Assembly (NCBI GenBank): GCA_002478275.1
Contig: DLMY01000016.1
Location: forward strand, 62,001 to 103,222
Direction: 5' to 3'
Source of the DNA: Actinobacteria bacterium UBA7524
GTDB taxonomy: Bacteria; Actinomycetota; Coriobacteriia; Anaerosomatales; UBA912
Length of the DNA stretch: 41,222 nt
Shown here: positions 38,832 to 41,222 of the stretch, one piece after another
Position numbering within the stretch: position 1 is the stretch's first letter
Layout: each line of letters opens with the position of its first letter
Notes under the pieces: generated by a model
What the model was told of the DNA's origin: nothing
Seen by the model: only the letters and a program-made list of their open reading frames with translations
Databases searched by the model: none
Translations under genes and position numbers: made by a program

Positions 38832-38840
38832 TGGTATAAT
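38832..38840 (+). promoter_or_regulatory. Extended -10 promoter of the glmS leader
   Basis: TGgTATAAT about 60 nt upstream of the ribozyme. Confidence 0.7.
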
Positions 38841-38896
38841 CGCGCGCAGGACATCCAGTAGCGAGAGGAGTGCCCGGCAAGAACAGAGACTGCACC

Positions 38897-39042
38897 ACAA
38901 AGCGCCCGAACTGGTCTGCATCCCATGGCCAGTCGACGAGGAGAGAGCTTATCGAAGCGTTCGGCGGATGGCTCTCCGGCTCGACCGGAGTCGAAAAGGT
39001 ACCGACAAATCCCGAGGGTGACCGCGGGGACAAAACGGTGCC
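38897..39042 (+). ncRNA. glmS glucosamine-6-phosphate-activated ribozyme
   Basis: AGCGCCCGAACT...AGTCGACGAGGAGAGAGCTTATCGAAGCGTTCGGCGGATGGCTCTCCGG core, P4 with ACAAA...ACAAAA, upstream of glmS. Confidence 0.93.
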
Positions 39043-39184
39043 GGACCGGTATCCAGACTCACTCCCAGGGACTCACGGTCCCGCACCTCGGCATGTGTCA
39101 TCGACGGGGTCATCGGTAGTCGTACTGTATCTCGTAGCGCGCTGACATCGTCATGTGCTGCGTTCGTGGAAGGTTGGTGCACGC

Positions 39185-41008
39185 ATGTGTGGAATCGTGG
39201 GATACGCGGGACCCAGGAAGGCCAGCGACGTTCTGATGGGTGGCCTGGCGAGACTCGAATACAGAGGGTATGACTCGGCCGGTGTCGCAGTCATCGACGA
39301 AGACGGTCTGCAGGTCGTACGCCGCGTGGGCAAGCTCGTGAACCTCTCGAACGTCTTGGAGGAACACCCGGTGACGGGCCAGGTCGGCATCGGGCACACG
39401 CGCTGGGCGACGCATGGGCGCCCGAGTCAGGACAACGCGCACCCGCATGTTGACTGCACGGGCAAGATCGCTGTGGTACACAACGGCATCATCGAGAACT
39501 ACATGGAGCTGCGCTCCGAGCTGGCGCGTAACGGCCACATACTGCGCAGTGAGACCGACACCGAGGTGGTCGCTCATCTCGTCGAGGCGTACTTCGACGG
39601 CGATCTGGCGGAAGCGGTGCGCAAGACCATCGGTCGCCTGGAGGGTGCCTACGCCCTGGGTGTGGTGCACGTCGATCATCCGTCGACCATCATAGCCGCA
39701 CGCAAGGACTCGCCGCTGATCATCGGCATCGGCCAAGGTGAGAACATCGTTGCCAGCGATATCCCGGCTGTACTCGAGTACACACGCGAGGTCCTCGCGC
39801 TGGCCGACGGACAGATCGCGACGGTGACCGCGTCGGCGGTGTCGGTGACCGACACGAGCGGCGAGCCTGTCGAGCCCGAGATGCTCCACATCGAGTGGGA
39901 CCTCGCCGCAGCTGAGAAGGGCGGCTTCGAGGATTTCATGTTGAAAGAGATCCACGAACAGCCGCGGGCGATCCGCGAGACGCTGCGCGGCCGCATGTGC
40001 GACGGCGAGATCCAACTTTCCGAGCTCGACATGACCCCTGAGCAGGTGGCGGCGATCGACAGGGTCTTCATCCTGGCGTGCGGTACCAGCTATCACGCGG
40101 GCATCGTGGCCAAGACGCTCATCGAGCAGTGGGCTCGTGTGCCCGTCGAGGTCCAGGTCTCCAGCGAGTTCCGCTACTCCGACCCCATCGTCGACGACGA
40201 AACGCTGGTGGTCGCCATCACGCAATCCGGCGAGACCGCCGACACGCTGGCCGGAGTGCGCGAGGCCCGGGAGCGCGGCGCCAAGGTCGTCGCCATCACC
40301 AATGTGGTCGGCTCACGAGTGACCCGCGAGTCCGACGGCGTGATCTACACGCACGCGGGTCCCGAGATCGGAGTCGCGGCGACAAAGACCTTCACTGCTC
40401 AGATCGCGGCACTCAACGTCCTTGCGCTCAAGCTCGCACAGACGAAGGGTGCGCTGCCGCAGGAGCGTATCGAATCGCTGTGGGCCGACCTGAGCAACAT
40501 CCCCGACATCGTAGAGGCGATCTTGCAGGATTCCGAGGAGACCGATGAGTGCGCGGCAGCCTACACCGACGTCTACTCGACGCTCTTCCTCGGCAGAGGT
40601 GTCGGTGTACCGGTGGCGATGGAGGGCGCACTCAAGCTCAAGGAGATCAGCTACATACACGCCGAAGCATATCCGGCAGGCGAGATGAAGCACGGTCCGA
40701 TCGCGCTGATCAGCGAAGACGTACCGGTGGTCGTCGTCGCCACACAGGGGCACACGTACGAGAAGGTGGTCAGTAACATACAGGAGGTTCGCGCACGCGG
40801 CGCCGAGGTCATCGTCGTGGCCACGCACGGAGATGAGGACATCCGCCAGCACGCGGAGCACGTCCTGGCGGTGCCTGCGACACCCGAGGAGCTTTCCGCG
40901 ATCCCGGCGGTCGTGCCCCTGCAGCTGCTGTCGTACCGCATCGCGAAGCTGCGTGGCTGCAACGTCGACCAGCCGCGCAACCTCGCCAAGTCAGTGACGG
41001 TGGAGTGA
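39185..41008 (+). CDS. glmS: Glutamine--fructose-6-phosphate aminotransferase
   Basis: MCGIVG, LEYRGYDSAG, GHTRWATHG, SQSGET-like TQSGETADT, PRNLAKSVTVE. Confidence 0.98.
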   Translation: MCGIVGYAGPRKASDVLMGGLARLEYRGYDSAGVAVIDEDGLQVVRRVGKLVNLSNVLEEHPVTGQVGIGHTRWATHGRPSQDNAHPHVDCTGKIAVVHNGIIENYMELRSELARNGHILRSETDTEVVAHLVEAYFDGDLAEAVRKTIGRLEGAYALGVVHVDHPSTIIAARKDSPLIIGIGQGENIVASDIPAVLEYTREVLALADGQIATVTASAVSVTDTSGEPVEPEMLHIEWDLAAAEKGGFEDFMLKEIHEQPRAIRETLRGRMCDGEIQLSELDMTPEQVAAIDRVFILACGTSYHAGIVAKTLIEQWARVPVEVQVSSEFRYSDPIVDDETLVVAITQSGETADTLAGVREARERGAKVVAITNVVGSRVTRESDGVIYTHAGPEIGVAATKTFTAQIAALNVLALKLAQTKGALPQERIESLWADLSNIPDIVEAILQDSEETDECAAAYTDVYSTLFLGRGVGVPVAMEGALKLKEISYIHAEAYPAGEMKHGPIALISEDVPVVVVATQGHTYEKVVSNIQEVRARGAEVIVVATHGDEDIRQHAEHVLAVPATPEELSAIPAVVPLQLLSYRIAKLRGCNVDQPRNLAKSVTVE

Positions 41009-41013
41009 GCGCG

Positions 41014-41222
41014 ATGACCGGGGAACACCGCTACGAGACGCCCGCCGACCCTGTGGTCGCGGGCATCCGGGGCCTTGGCGTCGATATCGTCGAGATCGAC
41101 CGCATGCGCGTGGCGCTCAGGCGGCATCCCAACTTGCGGGAGCGTCTGTTCTCCGAAACGGAGCGCGAGTACTGCGACGGTCGAAACAAGCCGGAGATCC
41201 ACTACGCGATGCGCTTCGCGGC
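41014..41222 (+). CDS. acpS: Holo-[acyl-carrier-protein] synthase (3'-truncated by window)
   Basis: Reads MTGEHRYETPADPVVAGIRGLGVDIVEIDR...RLFSETEREYC...HYAMRFA. Confidence 0.88.
   Translation, partial: MTGEHRYETPADPVVAGIRGLGVDIVEIDRMRVALRRHPNLRERLFSETEREYCDGRNKPEIHYAMRFA

Noticed and set aside
38870..39145. 91-aa uORF running through the glmS ribozyme
   Set aside because: The AGGA abuts the GTG with no spacing, the peptide has no recognisable features, and ribozyme constraints explain the sequence

Overview
High-GC (roughly 60-65% by eye) bacterial core region, most like Coriobacteriia-type Actinomycetota (inferred from RpoA and ribosomal protein sequences plus Bacillota-like synteny). Gene order: ispF(partial)-cysE-cysS-rlmB-NYN-sigH, tRNA-Thr(TGT), a 4-gene accessory cassette (polytopic membrane class III nucleotide cyclase and DUF3307-like membrane protein, divergent from a stand-alone cNMP-binding protein and a PD-(D/E)xK-like protein), tRNA-Tyr/Thr/Met, tuf (spanning an N gap), the S10-spc-alpha ribosomal cluster, ecfA-ecfA'-ecfT-truA, rplM-rpsI, glmM, csp, a PsiE-like gene, a KdpDE-linked Trk potassium locus, a Rieske protein, the glmS ribozyme with glmS, and acpS(partial). 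Best leads: (1) the cyclase/cNMP-sensor/nuclease-like cassette lodged inside the tRNA cluster; (2) a translationally coupled trkA-microprotein-trkH-exported protein operon with KdpE-type direct repeats; (3) a multi-helix candidate ncRNA between glmM and csp; (4) evidence that the tuf gap joins two different tuf copies; (5) strong TAG stop-codon dominance. All family assignments are from motif recognition by eye, not database searches.
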